From assembly GCA_965248445.1 (NCBI GenBank), contig CBDFJG010000004.1, positions 1,120,001 through 1,184,000 on the forward strand: a stretch of DNA of 64,000 nucleotides, in the 5' to 3' direction. Position 1 is the first letter of the stretch; every line of letters begins with the position of its first letter. Origin of the DNA: Planctomycetota bacterium. Lineage in GTDB: Bacteria > Planctomycetota > JAJSAM01 > JAJVHW01. The translations under genes and the position numbers were made by a program. Below the pieces are notes generated by a model that worked only from the letters and a program-made list of their open reading frames with translations, ran no database searches and was not told the origin of the DNA. Below, in pieces: positions 28,376 to 38,390 of this stretch.

Positions 28376-29578
28376 ATGCCGGATGCCGAGCGCCCCGAAG
28401 ACGACGATCCCGCCGCCGACCTGTTCGGCGCGGACGGCGCTCTGGACATGAGCGTGGTCGGTCGGCGGCTGCGCACGCTGCACGAACTGCTGCGGAAGCA
28501 CGACGACTGCCTCGACCTGCGTGCGGATGTGGATCGGCTCACCGAGATGCTCGCCGGCGACGAGGGTCGCGCGATCCGCGAGGCGCCGACCGAGGACACG
28601 GCAGACGAGGCGATCCGCGTGTTCTCACGGGACGCGGTCCGTCAGCTCAAGAGCCTCTCGGACGACGAAGAACTGTCTCGCAAGAAGCGGCGGGCAGCCG
28701 CGGTCGGCGTGGCGCTCGCGGGCAGCCTCCTCGACACCCTCGGATTCCGCGGGCACGGCCTGGCAGACGTGCTGCTCCGCGTCACGCTCGAGGAAACGCA
28801 CGCCCATCAAGCACTCGTGCAGCGAGGAAGGGCCGAAGGCGGCCTCGACACCAAGGAGCTCGCAGCGTTCTGGTCGGAGTACCCCGCGGTGCGCAAGCGG
28901 TTCGAGCAGGCGTATCGACGCAACGTCGCGCGCGTTCTCGACGACATCGACCACGACGTGATGCCGGAGTCGGTCTCCATCGATCTTGCGATCCGGGGTG
29001 TCCACAAGCTGCTGCTGGCGAGCGCCGAGACACCGGCCAGCGAGCCGATCCCCGCCGACCGTGTCCGGCAGCTGCTGCTCGAGACGTTCGAGGACGACAT
29101 GCTGGACGGCGGCCGCGCGCTGGTTCTCTCTCGCTGGCAGTCGATCTCTGCTGAGACCGATCGCGACGAACGGTCCCGCCGCGCTGCCGCCCGGGCCGCG
29201 CTGATCGCCTCGTCACCCAGCCCGGGGAGCGAGGCCGTCTACTTCCAGGCCTACGCTCGGGCGGTGATCTCGGGCTTCTTCCACGTGCGCACACAGGAGG
29301 AAGCCGCGGCGGCACGGGGAGCGTTCGGCGACGACGGACTCCGAGCCGACGGCTTGCTCGCGTTCGGACGCCACCTGCGCGAAGCCGGTTGGCACCACGA
29401 CGTCTCACGGGTGCTGGAGGCGGCCTACGAGCTCTGGCCGTCTCACGACGGCGTCCGCGTCGCCCTCAAACTCGATGCCGAGCACCGCATGTCCGACGCA
29501 CGCGGTCACCGACTCGGCCCGCGGTACGAGGAGGGTGAGACCGCGGACGGCGAAGCCGGCACGCCCGACGACGACTGA
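28376..29578 (+). CDS. Hypothetical alpha-helical protein
   Basis: 3' part of ORF 27455..29578 from ATG 28376; acidic termini; family not recognised. Confidence 0.65.
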   Translation: MPDAERPEDDDPAADLFGADGALDMSVVGRRLRTLHELLRKHDDCLDLRADVDRLTEMLAGDEGRAIREAPTEDTADEAIRVFSRDAVRQLKSLSDDEELSRKKRRAAAVGVALAGSLLDTLGFRGHGLADVLLRVTLEETHAHQALVQRGRAEGGLDTKELAAFWSEYPAVRKRFEQAYRRNVARVLDDIDHDVMPESVSIDLAIRGVHKLLLASAETPASEPIPADRVRQLLLETFEDDMLDGGRALVLSRWQSISAETDRDERSRRAAARAALIASSPSPGSEAVYFQAYARAVISGFFHVRTQEEAAAARGAFGDDGLRADGLLAFGRHLREAGWHHDVSRVLEAAYELWPSHDGVRVALKLDAEHRMSDARGHRLGPRYEEGETADGEAGTPDDD

Positions 29579-29693
29579 TCGGGGGCTCTCCAGGGGCACC
29601 GCTGCCCGGAAGGGCCGGGCCGGGTAGGGTATCCGCCGTAGCCGAACCGATTCGGCCCGTCGTCCGGGCTCGGTGCGGTCGGGAGGGTGCCCG

Positions 29694-32600
29694 ATGCCGA
29701 AGCAGCGGCAGAAATCCAGTCCGGGGAAGATCCTGTTCGGACTCGGCTTCGTACTCCTGCTCGGCGTGATCGCGGCACTGTTCGCCGTGCTCGGCAGTGA
29801 TCCCGGTGAGGGCGAGGGGCTGTTCGGCGCGCCCGATCCCGCCGACGTCGCAGAGAACGGCGACGACGAGACCGACACGGACGAGGACGCGTCAGGGAAG
29901 AAACCGCGCCAGCCGGGGAAGAGCGCGAGCGGCACCGCCGATGCGGCCGTGGCCGCCGCCGTTCGCGGGGTGGTGCGGCTGTACCACAACCGCCTGCCGG
30001 TCGGGGGCCTGCAGCTCAGTCTGACGCGCACGATCGGCACCGGCGACGGCGCCGAGACGGAGACGCTCAGCGCGACCACCGGCACCGACGGCGTCTTCCG
30101 ATTCGACATGCTCGAGCCGAGCGGCGGCTACTCGCTGCGCGGAGAGCAGGAACCGTACGCGCCGCTCGACGTTCCGGGGATCGCGCTCACACCGACAGAG
30201 ACGACGGACCTCGGCACGCTCTGGCTCGCGATCCCCGTGGACATGCACGTCCTGGTGGTCACGACGCAGGGCGTTCCGGTCAAGGACGCGGTCGTGCACG
30301 CGTACGGCACGTCATCGAAACTGAAGGCCGCGACCGACCCAGCCGTCGTCACGCAGGCCGAGGCGATCGTGTCGGAGATCGCCCCCACGGCGGACGCGAC
30401 GACGACGGAGGACGGCACGGCCGTCATAAAGGGACTGCGGCCGGGCCGTTATCACGTCCGCGCGAGCGCCGACAGCTTCGGCATCGCCGCTCGCAAGAAC
30501 GTGCTGGTTGCGCCCGAGAAGAAGTCGCCTCCGATTCAGCTGATCCTGTTCCCAGGCCACCCGCTCGCGGGCACCGTGGTCGACGTGGAAGGGGCGCCCG
30601 TCGCCGGCGCGTCCGTCGTCGCCGCGCCCGTCCTGTTCGGCAGCGCGAAGTTCGACAAGGTCATCGTCGCAACCGACGAGAAGGGCGCGTACGCGATGAC
30701 CGGTCTCGCGCCGGGCCGCTACCAGATGTACCTCTCTCGTCCGGAGACGCCGGTCGTGCTCGGCCAGCAGATCGGCATCCCCGACACGAAGCGCTACGAC
30801 TTCCGCCTGCGGCCGACCGCGACGATCCTGGGGACCGTGACCGCCGAAGGCGGCGAGCCCATCGCCGACGCCGAGGTGCGATACGCAGCGCAAGGTGGCC
30901 GCGCCATCACCGCGCGAACCGGCGAGGACGGCGGATACCGCATCGAGAACGTGCCACCTGGTCCATCGCAGTACTTCCGGGTCAAGGCGGAGGGGTTCGT
31001 CCCGTTCCCCGACCCGAGCGCGCCCCAGCAAGGCTCCGGCGAATCCCTGCGCGAGGGCGGGGAGATCCGCCGGGACATCGAACTCCTGCGCGGTGCGACG
31101 GTGGTCGTGACCGTGACGACCGCGGCCGACGGAAAGCCGGTCGAGGGCGCCCGCGCGACGCTGCACATGGCGCAGATGTGGGGATCGGGCCAGGGCAACC
31201 AGTCCGCCTCGACGGACGCGAACGGCGTCGCCAACGTGACGGGTCTCCTGCCGGGTCCCTACATCCTCGAGGTGCAGTCGTCCGGGCACGTTCAGCCGGA
31301 TCTGCCGATCGACTTCCGCAACAGCCTGCGCAAGCCAAACGCAATGCCTCCGCGATGGCGCATCGACGTGCCGCGGGAGGGCCGGCTCGAGGTCGCGGTG
31401 CCGATGGTCGCCGGCGCAACCGTCAGCGGCACCGTCAAGACGAAGGACGGCGAGCCCGTCGTCGGCGTCGAGGTCACGGTCACCGGGGCGCGTCCCCTGG
31501 TGCCGGTGTTCACCGACGAGGCCGGCGCCTTCACCGTCGGATCGGTTCCCGCGCACAGACGTGCGACGGCCACGGCCAAGCCGAGCGACCTGCCGTCCGC
31601 GACCAGCGAGCCGTTCCTGGTCGAGGCCGGCAAGCCGGTGACCGAGATCGAGATCGAGCTCACCGCCGGCGGGACGATACGCGGCAAGGTGCGGTCGCAA
31701 GAAGGCGGCCCGCTGAGCGGCGCAGTCGTCCGCTTCCGCCCCGGGAAGCTGCAGGGCACCAACACGTGGCAGTTCAACCAGTTCAACAACGCCAAGATGT
31801 ACCCGGTCAAGGACGACGGCTCGTTCGAGATCACCGGAGTGACGCCCGGAAACGTCACGGTGCGGGCGGACGCGGAAGACCACCTGCCCGCCTGGGACAA
31901 CACCGTCGAGGTCATCCAGAATCAGGAGACCGGCGGCATCGACCTCATCCTGAAGACGAGCGTCAGGTTGTCCGGCCGCGTGGAGTCGCCGGACGGACGC
32001 CCGGTCGCGGGTGCGACGGTCACGGCGAACTACATGGGCACCGCGCAACAGCGCCAGTGGGGATTCGTCGCCGGACTCGGCGGCAACCCGTCGGCGCAGA
32101 CCGATGACGAGGGGCTCTTCGCCCTGCGCGGTCTGCAGCCGGGCAAGTACAGGTTGAACGCGAACGCGCCGGGGTACACGCCCGCGAAGTGGATCGAGCA
32201 CGAGACCGGCGCCGGCGACGTCATCCTGAAGCTCGGTATGGGCGAACGCATCTCGGGGGTCGTGAAGGACGAGTCCGGCTCTCCGCTCGGCGGCATCCCG
32301 GTGCAGGCAAAGCAAGCGGGCCAGGGCAACAACCGCAACCCGTGGGGCTGGGGCGGGGGCGGACCGCGTGTTTTCACCGCGGGCGACGGCACGTTCGAGT
32401 TCCTGGATCTCGCGGAGGGCGCGTACGACCTGACGGTCTCGGCAGCGTGGATCTGGGGTCGCGAGGTCAACGTCGAAGACACGAACAAGGCCGGCGTGCG
32501 CACGGGCACCGACGACCTCGAGATCGTGGTGAAGGCCGGCCACGTCATCGAGGGCACGGTGATCGACAACGACAAGAAACCCGTGGCCGTCGGCTGGGTG

Positions 32601-33566
32601 TACTCGCAGTTCCAGGGCGCCAACAATCAGCGGAACTGGGCCAACCAACGCTGGGCAAAGCTCTCCGCAGACGGCACGTTCCGGCTGGCCGGCCTGGCCC
32701 CGGGGACGTACACGCTGACGGCGTACGGCGACTTCATGCAGACGCAGAAGAAGGGCGTCTCCACCGGCACGGACAACGTCGAAGTCGAGGTCAAGCGCGG
32801 CATCACGATCCGCGGCACGTTCATCGACGAGAAGGGCCTGGCCCCTTCGCGGACGCCAAACGTGCAGATGCGCCGTCCCGGCGAACAGAACTGGCAGGGC
32901 AAGGAGATGATCGTGACCGGCGGGGGTGACTTCGTGATCACGGGGCTGGACGAGGGCAACTGGGACATCAACTTCCAGGCCTGGGGCAAGGCCCCCGTAA
33001 TGCTCGAGAACATCGCCGCTGGGACCGTGGGGCTGGAGGTCCGGATCGTCGAGGGCCTCGAGATCGCGGGCGTCGTGGTCGACGCGTCCGGATCACCGCT
33101 GTCCGGAGTTCGGGTCGACGCGACGCAGCTGAACGTCCCCGCCGGCGGCCGGGCGTCCAACGGCAACGGACGCACCAACGACAAGGGCGAGTTCTCCATC
33201 AAGGGACTCTTGGACGGCGAGTTCCGCCTGTTCCTGCGCGCGAACAACATGGCGATCAAGATCGTCGAGCCGATCGCCGCAGGCGCGGACGGTCAGCGCT
33301 TCGTGATGGACGCGGGGCTACCGATCACAGGAACCGTGAAGACACCGGACGGCACGGGCACGCAGGCGAACCTGCAGCTCCTGCTCGACGGCCAGCAGCT
33401 CTCGTGGTCGCGGTGCGACGCGCAGGGCAACTTCACGATCCAGAATGCGCCGAGCAGCGGGACGTTCAGCATCCGCGTGTACGCAAGCGTGGACGGGAAG
33501 AACTACAACTTCGTCCACGAGAACGTCGAAGCGGGCGCGGAAAACGTCGAGATCACGCTGAAGTAG
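29694..33566 (+). CDS. Large membrane-anchored protein with multiple carboxypeptidase-regulatory-like (CnaB-type) repeats
   Basis: N-terminal TM; about ten repeats of G.V.d..G.PvaGa.V...TD..G.F.i.gL.pG.Y; GGAGG SD before ATG 29694. Confidence 0.88.
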   Translation: MPKQRQKSSPGKILFGLGFVLLLGVIAALFAVLGSDPGEGEGLFGAPDPADVAENGDDETDTDEDASGKKPRQPGKSASGTADAAVAAAVRGVVRLYHNRLPVGGLQLSLTRTIGTGDGAETETLSATTGTDGVFRFDMLEPSGGYSLRGEQEPYAPLDVPGIALTPTETTDLGTLWLAIPVDMHVLVVTTQGVPVKDAVVHAYGTSSKLKAATDPAVVTQAEAIVSEIAPTADATTTEDGTAVIKGLRPGRYHVRASADSFGIAARKNVLVAPEKKSPPIQLILFPGHPLAGTVVDVEGAPVAGASVVAAPVLFGSAKFDKVIVATDEKGAYAMTGLAPGRYQMYLSRPETPVVLGQQIGIPDTKRYDFRLRPTATILGTVTAEGGEPIADAEVRYAAQGGRAITARTGEDGGYRIENVPPGPSQYFRVKAEGFVPFPDPSAPQQGSGESLREGGEIRRDIELLRGATVVVTVTTAADGKPVEGARATLHMAQMWGSGQGNQSASTDANGVANVTGLLPGPYILEVQSSGHVQPDLPIDFRNSLRKPNAMPPRWRIDVPREGRLEVAVPMVAGATVSGTVKTKDGEPVVGVEVTVTGARPLVPVFTDEAGAFTVGSVPAHRRATATAKPSDLPSATSEPFLVEAGKPVTEIEIELTAGGTIRGKVRSQEGGPLSGAVVRFRPGKLQGTNTWQFNQFNNAKMYPVKDDGSFEITGVTPGNVTVRADAEDHLPAWDNTVEVIQNQETGGIDLILKTSVRLSGRVESPDGRPVAGATVTANYMGTAQQRQWGFVAGLGGNPSAQTDDEGLFALRGLQPGKYRLNANAPGYTPAKWIEHETGAGDVILKLGMGERISGVVKDESGSPLGGIPVQAKQAGQGNNRNPWGWGGGGPRVFTAGDGTFEFLDLAEGAYDLTVSAAWIWGREVNVEDTNKAGVRTGTDDLEIVVKAGHVIEGTVIDNDKKPVAVGWVYSQFQGANNQRNWANQRWAKLSADGTFRLAGLAPGTYTLTAYGDFMQTQKKGVSTGTDNVEVEVKRGITIRGTFIDEKGLAPSRTPNVQMRRPGEQNWQGKEMIVTGGGDFVITGLDEGNWDINFQAWGKAPVMLENIAAGTVGLEVRIVEGLEIAGVVVDASGSPLSGVRVDATQLNVPAGGRASNGNGRTNDKGEFSIKGLLDGEFRLFLRANNMAIKIVEPIAAGADGQRFVMDAGLPITGTVKTPDGTGTQANLQLLLDGQQLSWSRCDAQGNFTIQNAPSSGTFSIRVYASVDGKNYNFVHENVEAGAENVEITLK

Positions 33567-33570
33567 CCCG

Positions 33571-33613
33571 CATCGTTCAACGGGTCCCATCGTTCAGAGG
33601 GTCCCATCGTTCA
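33571..33613. repeat. 17-bp tandem repeat x3 in convergent intergenic region
   Basis: CATCGTTCA at 33571, GGGTCCCATCGTTCA at 33582 and at 33599. Confidence 0.85.
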
Positions 33614-33629
33614 CCAGGGTCGGGCCGGC

Positions 33630-34036
33630 TCAGCGCCGGTACGCGTCGAACCACGTCCCGCAGTGCTCGCACTGCACGTCACCTCGCGGGGAGACCTGCG
33701 CGTGCTTCGACGACGCCGCGCAATTCGGACACTTCAAGTCCATCGCACGGCCGCGCGGCACGGCGTCATCCGAATCGTCCTCGGACAGCCACTCGTCGTC
33801 GTCGGGGTCCGGTTCGATGCGCCGCTCCTGCCGCGGCGGCTCGGCCAGCGCGTCGAGACGTTCGCGCTCTCGGCGGGCCCGACGGCGGGCACCGCGCGGA
33901 ATCAGCGCGCCGCCGAACACGAGGAACGCGAACGGCATCAGCGCGGTGTACGGCCGCCCGCTCTCGTAGGCCTTGACCGTCATGAGCCCGTGAGGCCGAT
34001 CCAGAGGAGCCAGAAGAGGAACGCACCGCCGCGCAC
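33630..34036 (-). CDS. Small membrane protein with C-terminal zinc ribbon; apparent 1-nt frameshift near 33987
   Basis: ORF 33630..33983 has CPNC...CEHC. Upstream GTG 34036 encodes a TM (VRGGAFLFWLLWIGLT) that joins in frame if one G is added to the minus-strand GGG run at about 33987-33989. Confidence 0.6.
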
Positions 34037-34048
34037 TGACTGCGTCCC

Positions 34049-35473
34049 TTACCTGGTCTGCCCCGCCGCGATCTCACGCTGGATCGCTTGCGTCGCCTCG
34101 GCCCGCGCCTCGTCATTCCACCGCCCGCTGTACGGCTCCTTCACGGCGTGCAGACGCTGCAACTGCCGATACGCGAACGTGCGGAGGCGCGCGTCGGGAC
34201 TCGCAAGAGCGCCCACGAAGTCCTGCGTCGCGGTTCTCGCGATGTCGCCGCCGGAGCGCGCGTATGCGGTCAGCCGGACGAACGGATCGGAATCCTCGCG
34301 TGCAGACGTCAGCACGTCGTTGCGCTGTGACTTCGGCAGTCGTCCCGTGGAGTTGACGGCCGCACGGCGCACGTCCGCGTTCGGATCGCTCCGGGCGAGA
34401 TCAGCCACGGTGCCCCACGTCTGCTTGACGAGCGCGTTGTCGACCTTCTTGTCCTTCCAGTACCGGCCCGTGTGATGCATGCCGTAGGCGAGCGCCGTCA
34501 CGCGCACGCTCGGGTCCTCGTCGGCCAGCCCGGCGCGCAGCGTGCCCAGCGGCATGGCCCTGTTGGACGTCAAGATCCGCAGCGCGCTGGCGCGCACCGC
34601 GGGGTCGCTCTCCTTCAGCAGGGGTTCGAGCATCGCAACGGTGTCCGCGTCTGGACGCCCTGCCGTCAACGCGCGCAGCGCGGCCAGCCGTTCCTTGGCC
34701 GGTGCTGTCGGCGTCGTCGCGACGTGCAGCAGCTCGGCACGCGCAGCGGGATCGCGCCTCGCCTGCGAGAGCGTGCGCAGCAGGGCAGCCCGAACCGAGG
34801 GGTCGGTCTCCTCACGGAACAGCTCGCTGATCTCCTTCATGTACGCCGCGCGCGCGCGCAGCGAGGTCACTCCGCGGGTCAGTTCCAGGCGGATCTCCGG
34901 ATCCGTCTCCGCGCTCAGCGCCTCGATCAACTCCTCGGGCAGATGGTCGCGGTGCGGCCAGCGCACCAACATCTGGGCCGCGAGGAGGCGCACCTCCTTG
35001 GGCGCCTCACCGTCGGAGAGCACGGCCTGAAGTGTCGCCCGCGCCTCATCGGAGTCGTCGCCGCGCAGCGCACGGATCGCCGACGCGCGCAGAACCGGAT
35101 CGTCCGACGAGAGCGCCAGTTCGCGCAGCTCGGGAGTGGTGTACGGGCGGCCCTCCGGGTGCACGAGCGCGAGACGCACCCGCAGCGAGGCCATCAAGTC
35201 GTCTTCCTCGGTCTCCTGCTCCGGCTGCACCGAAGTGTCCGCCCGCGAGCCGTAGCGTCGCTCGCGCCGCTGCACGAGTGACTCGAGCGATTCGATGCGC
35301 GCGGCGGCCTCCTCCGGGCTGAGCGCGCGCAGGTCTCCGCTGTCGTCGCGGACGAGCACCTCGGCCTGCGGCGCCTCGACCTCGGCGGGCCCGCCGGAGC
35401 CGACCACGGAACCGACGACCACGCCGAGTCCGGCGAGGCCGAGCCCTGCGAGCACGAGAGCGAGGTTGCGCAC
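34049..35473 (-). CDS. HEAT-repeat protein with N-terminal membrane anchor
   Basis: Repeats DPVLRASAIRAL, DPSVRAALL, DPAVRASALRIL, DPSVRVTAL, DPFVRLTAY. Confidence 0.85.
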   Translation of the reverse strand: MRNLALVLAGLGLAGLGVVVGSVVGSGGPAEVEAPQAEVLVRDDSGDLRALSPEEAAARIESLESLVQRRERRYGSRADTSVQPEQETEEDDLMASLRVRLALVHPEGRPYTTPELRELALSSDDPVLRASAIRALRGDDSDEARATLQAVLSDGEAPKEVRLLAAQMLVRWPHRDHLPEELIEALSAETDPEIRLELTRGVTSLRARAAYMKEISELFREETDPSVRAALLRTLSQARRDPAARAELLHVATTPTAPAKERLAALRALTAGRPDADTVAMLEPLLKESDPAVRASALRILTSNRAMPLGTLRAGLADEDPSVRVTALAYGMHHTGRYWKDKKVDNALVKQTWGTVADLARSDPNADVRRAAVNSTGRLPKSQRNDVLTSAREDSDPFVRLTAYARSGGDIARTATQDFVGALASPDARLRTFAYRQLQRLHAVKEPYSGRWNDEARAEATQAIQREIAAGQTR

Positions 35474-35482
35474 GCGGGGAAT

Positions 35483-37324
35483 CTACCCGCCCGTGGACCC
35501 GGGAGGGTGCGCAGGATCGAGCGTGCCGCTCCGCGTGTGCGTCGCGACGAGCCACTTCCCGAGGCGTCCGCCCATCCAGCGCTTCGTGACGATGCGGTCT
35601 CCTAGCACCAGTGCGTCGATGTCCGTGCGCATGAAGCAGAGCACGGCGTCCAGCGGGGTCTCGACGATTGGCTCGCCTTTCACGTTGAACGAGGTGTTGA
35701 CGAGGACGGGCACGCCGGTGAGGGCGCCGAACGCCTCGAGCAGCGCGTGCAGTTCCGGGCGCTGTTCGGCAACCACGGTCTGCAACCGCGCCGTCCCGTC
35801 CACGTGCACGACCGCCGGGATCTGATCACGCTTGTCCTCGCGCACCCGCCGCACAAAGAGCATGTGGGTGCTGTCCGGGCCGGGTTCGAACCAGTCGTCC
35901 GCACGCTCGATCGGCACCGCCGGCGCAAACGGCCGGAACGCCTGCCGGTGCTTCACGCGCGCATTGAGCCGCTCCTTCGCGTGCGGATCTCGGGGATCGC
36001 AGAGCAGAGAGCGCTGCCCGAGCGCACGCGGTCCCAGTTCCGCCCCACCCTGGAACCAGCCGATCACCTGGCTGTCGGCGAGCAACTTCGCCGTCTCGGC
36101 TGCTACGTCGCTCACCTCGCGCACACGCAGGAACGCCGCGATGGGCATGACGGCGAGCGCCTCGTCGATGTCGTCTCCGCTGTACTGACGCCCGAAGCCG
36201 TCGGTCCCCATCACGTAGCGCCGCGGGTTCTCCGACAGCGTGATGTCGCCGTAGAGCGCGCAGCCGAGCGCGATTCCCGTGTCCCCCGCCGCCGGCTGGA
36301 CCCACACGGACTCGAAAGGCGTCTCCTCGAGCAATCGCGTGTTCGCGACGCAATTCAGCATGACGCCGCCCGCACAGACGAGGTGCTTCGCGCCGGTCTT
36401 CTCGTGCAGCCAGTGAGCGCGTTCGAGCAGTGACTCCTCCAGATCCGTCTGCACGCGGAATGTCAGGTCCCGCCACTCCTTCGCATGCGGGCTCTCCTCC
36501 CACTTGCGATTGCGCTCGCCGGGTGTGGTCTTCGCATCAGGCGACGGCGCGTAGGGGTGGCAGAGGAACTCCGGCCAACGGGTCTCCGCCCAGGTGCGGC
36601 CGTCGCGCACGCCCATGAGCGGCGGCAGGTCGTCCCGCGCGCGCCCGTAGGCCGCGAGCCCCATCACCTCGCCGCAGCGATTCCAGTTGTCGAACACGTA
36701 CTCCGCGACACGTGAGTACGTCGCGCCCAGCCCGGGAAGTCGCGTGAACTCCTCCGACAAGACGCCCGGCGCCGCGGGCAGCCATTCCTTGTGCAACGGA
36801 GTCAGTTCCGTGCCGCTGAACGTGTAGTACGACTCGGACTCGCGATCCGACGCGTGTCCGGGCGGGCTACCGGGTGGCACGTCCATCGCGTCGCGGCGGT
36901 GACTGCCGACGCCGTCGATGATCATCACGGCGCCGTCGTCGAACGGACTCGCCGCGAATGCGCTGTACGCGTGCGCCAAGTGGTGCGACACGGTCGCTGC
37001 GCGGGTGTTGCGGAAGAGCAACGATCCGAGAGCCATCTTCCGCTCCTCGCCGGGCAGGTGCAGGGCGTGGGGCCGGGAGAGCAGATCGTGCTCCATCTCC
37101 GCAACGTCGAGGGCGTAGGAGTTCTGGACCAGCACGTCGATGTCGGTGAGCGCGATGCCGGCCGTGCGCAGGCAGTAGCCGACGGCGGCGTCCGGAATGC
37201 CGCCGTCGTTCTTCCGCCGCGTGATGCGCTCCTTGGCGATGCCGACCACCGGCCGTCCGTCCGCCAGCAGGACGGCGGCGACGTCATGGTCGTACTTGTT
37301 CAGACCGAGCACGTAGCGTGGCAC
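35483..37324 (-). CDS. Carbamoyltransferase (CmcH/NodU family)
   Basis: HDVAAVL...ERITRRK, SHHLAHAYSAF, IDGVG, GEVMGLAAYG, AGGVMLNCVAN, QPAAGDTG, ELGPRALGQRS, FRPFAP, NTSFNVKGEPIV. Confidence 0.95.
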   Translation of the reverse strand: MPRYVLGLNKYDHDVAAVLLADGRPVVGIAKERITRRKNDGGIPDAAVGYCLRTAGIALTDIDVLVQNSYALDVAEMEHDLLSRPHALHLPGEERKMALGSLLFRNTRAATVSHHLAHAYSAFAASPFDDGAVMIIDGVGSHRRDAMDVPPGSPPGHASDRESESYYTFSGTELTPLHKEWLPAAPGVLSEEFTRLPGLGATYSRVAEYVFDNWNRCGEVMGLAAYGRARDDLPPLMGVRDGRTWAETRWPEFLCHPYAPSPDAKTTPGERNRKWEESPHAKEWRDLTFRVQTDLEESLLERAHWLHEKTGAKHLVCAGGVMLNCVANTRLLEETPFESVWVQPAAGDTGIALGCALYGDITLSENPRRYVMGTDGFGRQYSGDDIDEALAVMPIAAFLRVREVSDVAAETAKLLADSQVIGWFQGGAELGPRALGQRSLLCDPRDPHAKERLNARVKHRQAFRPFAPAVPIERADDWFEPGPDSTHMLFVRRVREDKRDQIPAVVHVDGTARLQTVVAEQRPELHALLEAFGALTGVPVLVNTSFNVKGEPIVETPLDAVLCFMRTDIDALVLGDRIVTKRWMGGRLGKWLVATHTRSGTLDPAHPPGSTGG

Positions 37325-37368
37325 CGCGCCATCTTCACCAGCACCACGGCCTGGACTAGAGTCTCTTC

Positions 37369-38361
37369 ATGCCGATATCGCTCCGCGCCGCGATGCGACT
37401 CCTCGAGAAGGGCGATCTCGCCGGTGCTGCGGAGGCGCTGGACGGACTCGCCGGGTCGGACGGGCACGGCGTCATCGCGCGATTTCGCCAGGCCGAGTCC
37501 CTGTCCCGGCTGGGACGCCACGGCGAGGCCGTGACCGCGGCGGAGCAGGCGGCGAAGGACGCCCCCGAGAGCGCTGCGGCGGCCCTCTGGCTGCTCCAGG
37601 CCCGGTCGGAGTCGGGGGACCTCGCCGGGGCCGCCGCGACGCCCTTGCCGGCGACCTCCGTCGAATCGCTCGGTTTCCTCTCCGACGGATACGCAGCGCT
37701 GGCCCGGCTCGCCGGCGGTGACCGGACGCACCTCGAGGCGGACCGCGAGGCGATCCTCGCCACGCACCACCACCCGCTCTACTCGCTGACGCTGCGCGCC
37801 CTCGAGGGGCTGCGACTCTCCGCCGCCGTTCGGAGTCCGGATCTGATCTCCGGGTGGTCGGCGCTCGAGTGCCGCCTCGAGATGGCGGACGAGAAGCGGC
37901 GTGAGCACCCGACGCCGCCGGACGCGAAGAGCGGCGGCGCCGTCGTGCGCTACCTGCGTCTGCATTGGTCGTGCGACGACCATGCGGTGCTCATTGCCGC
38001 AACGCGTCAGGTCGGCAACCCCGACGGGCTGGACGAGGCGGAGCTCGAGACGCACCTCGCGTTCGGTCGCGTCGATCAGGCCGTGGCCCTCGCAGACCGG
38101 CTGGCGGACGATGCCGGCAAGCACGCCTCGGGCGAGCTCGCGATCGACCGTGCACGGGCCCGGCAGCTCCGAGGCGAAGCGGCGCGACCCCGCGATTTCT
38201 CCGGATTCGACGACGCGCGCAAGCGCCTCGCACAGATCGTGTCGTGGCTCGACATGAACGCAGCGCTGCTCGAGGGCGACGGCGTCACCGCCCGCGAGTG
38301 CGCCGACGCCGTGGCGGACGTCGCCAAGCGCGAGTTCGTCGAGGCCGCGCTCGCCCTTTGA
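37369..38361 (+). CDS. Hypothetical TPR-like helical protein
   Basis: 330-aa Ala/Leu-rich ORF with TPR-like AESLSRLGRHGEAV; TAGAGT 6 nt upstream of ATG. Confidence 0.65.
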   Translation: MPISLRAAMRLLEKGDLAGAAEALDGLAGSDGHGVIARFRQAESLSRLGRHGEAVTAAEQAAKDAPESAAAALWLLQARSESGDLAGAAATPLPATSVESLGFLSDGYAALARLAGGDRTHLEADREAILATHHHPLYSLTLRALEGLRLSAAVRSPDLISGWSALECRLEMADEKRREHPTPPDAKSGGAVVRYLRLHWSCDDHAVLIAATRQVGNPDGLDEAELETHLAFGRVDQAVALADRLADDAGKHASGELAIDRARARQLRGEAARPRDFSGFDDARKRLAQIVSWLDMNAALLEGDGVTARECADAVADVAKREFVEAALAL

Positions 38362-38390
38362 GCGGGTATGCTCGGCAGCCGGAGGTGAGG

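Noticed and set aside
26897..33613. Short intergenic repeats as CRISPR arrays
   Set aside because: Units are 17-18 bp and contiguous, without unique spacers, and no cas genes are present.
35483..37324. Carbamoyltransferase as marker of a secondary-metabolite cluster
   Set aside because: Neighbours are HEAT/TPR proteins; no PKS, NRPS or sugar-biosynthesis genes are adjacent.
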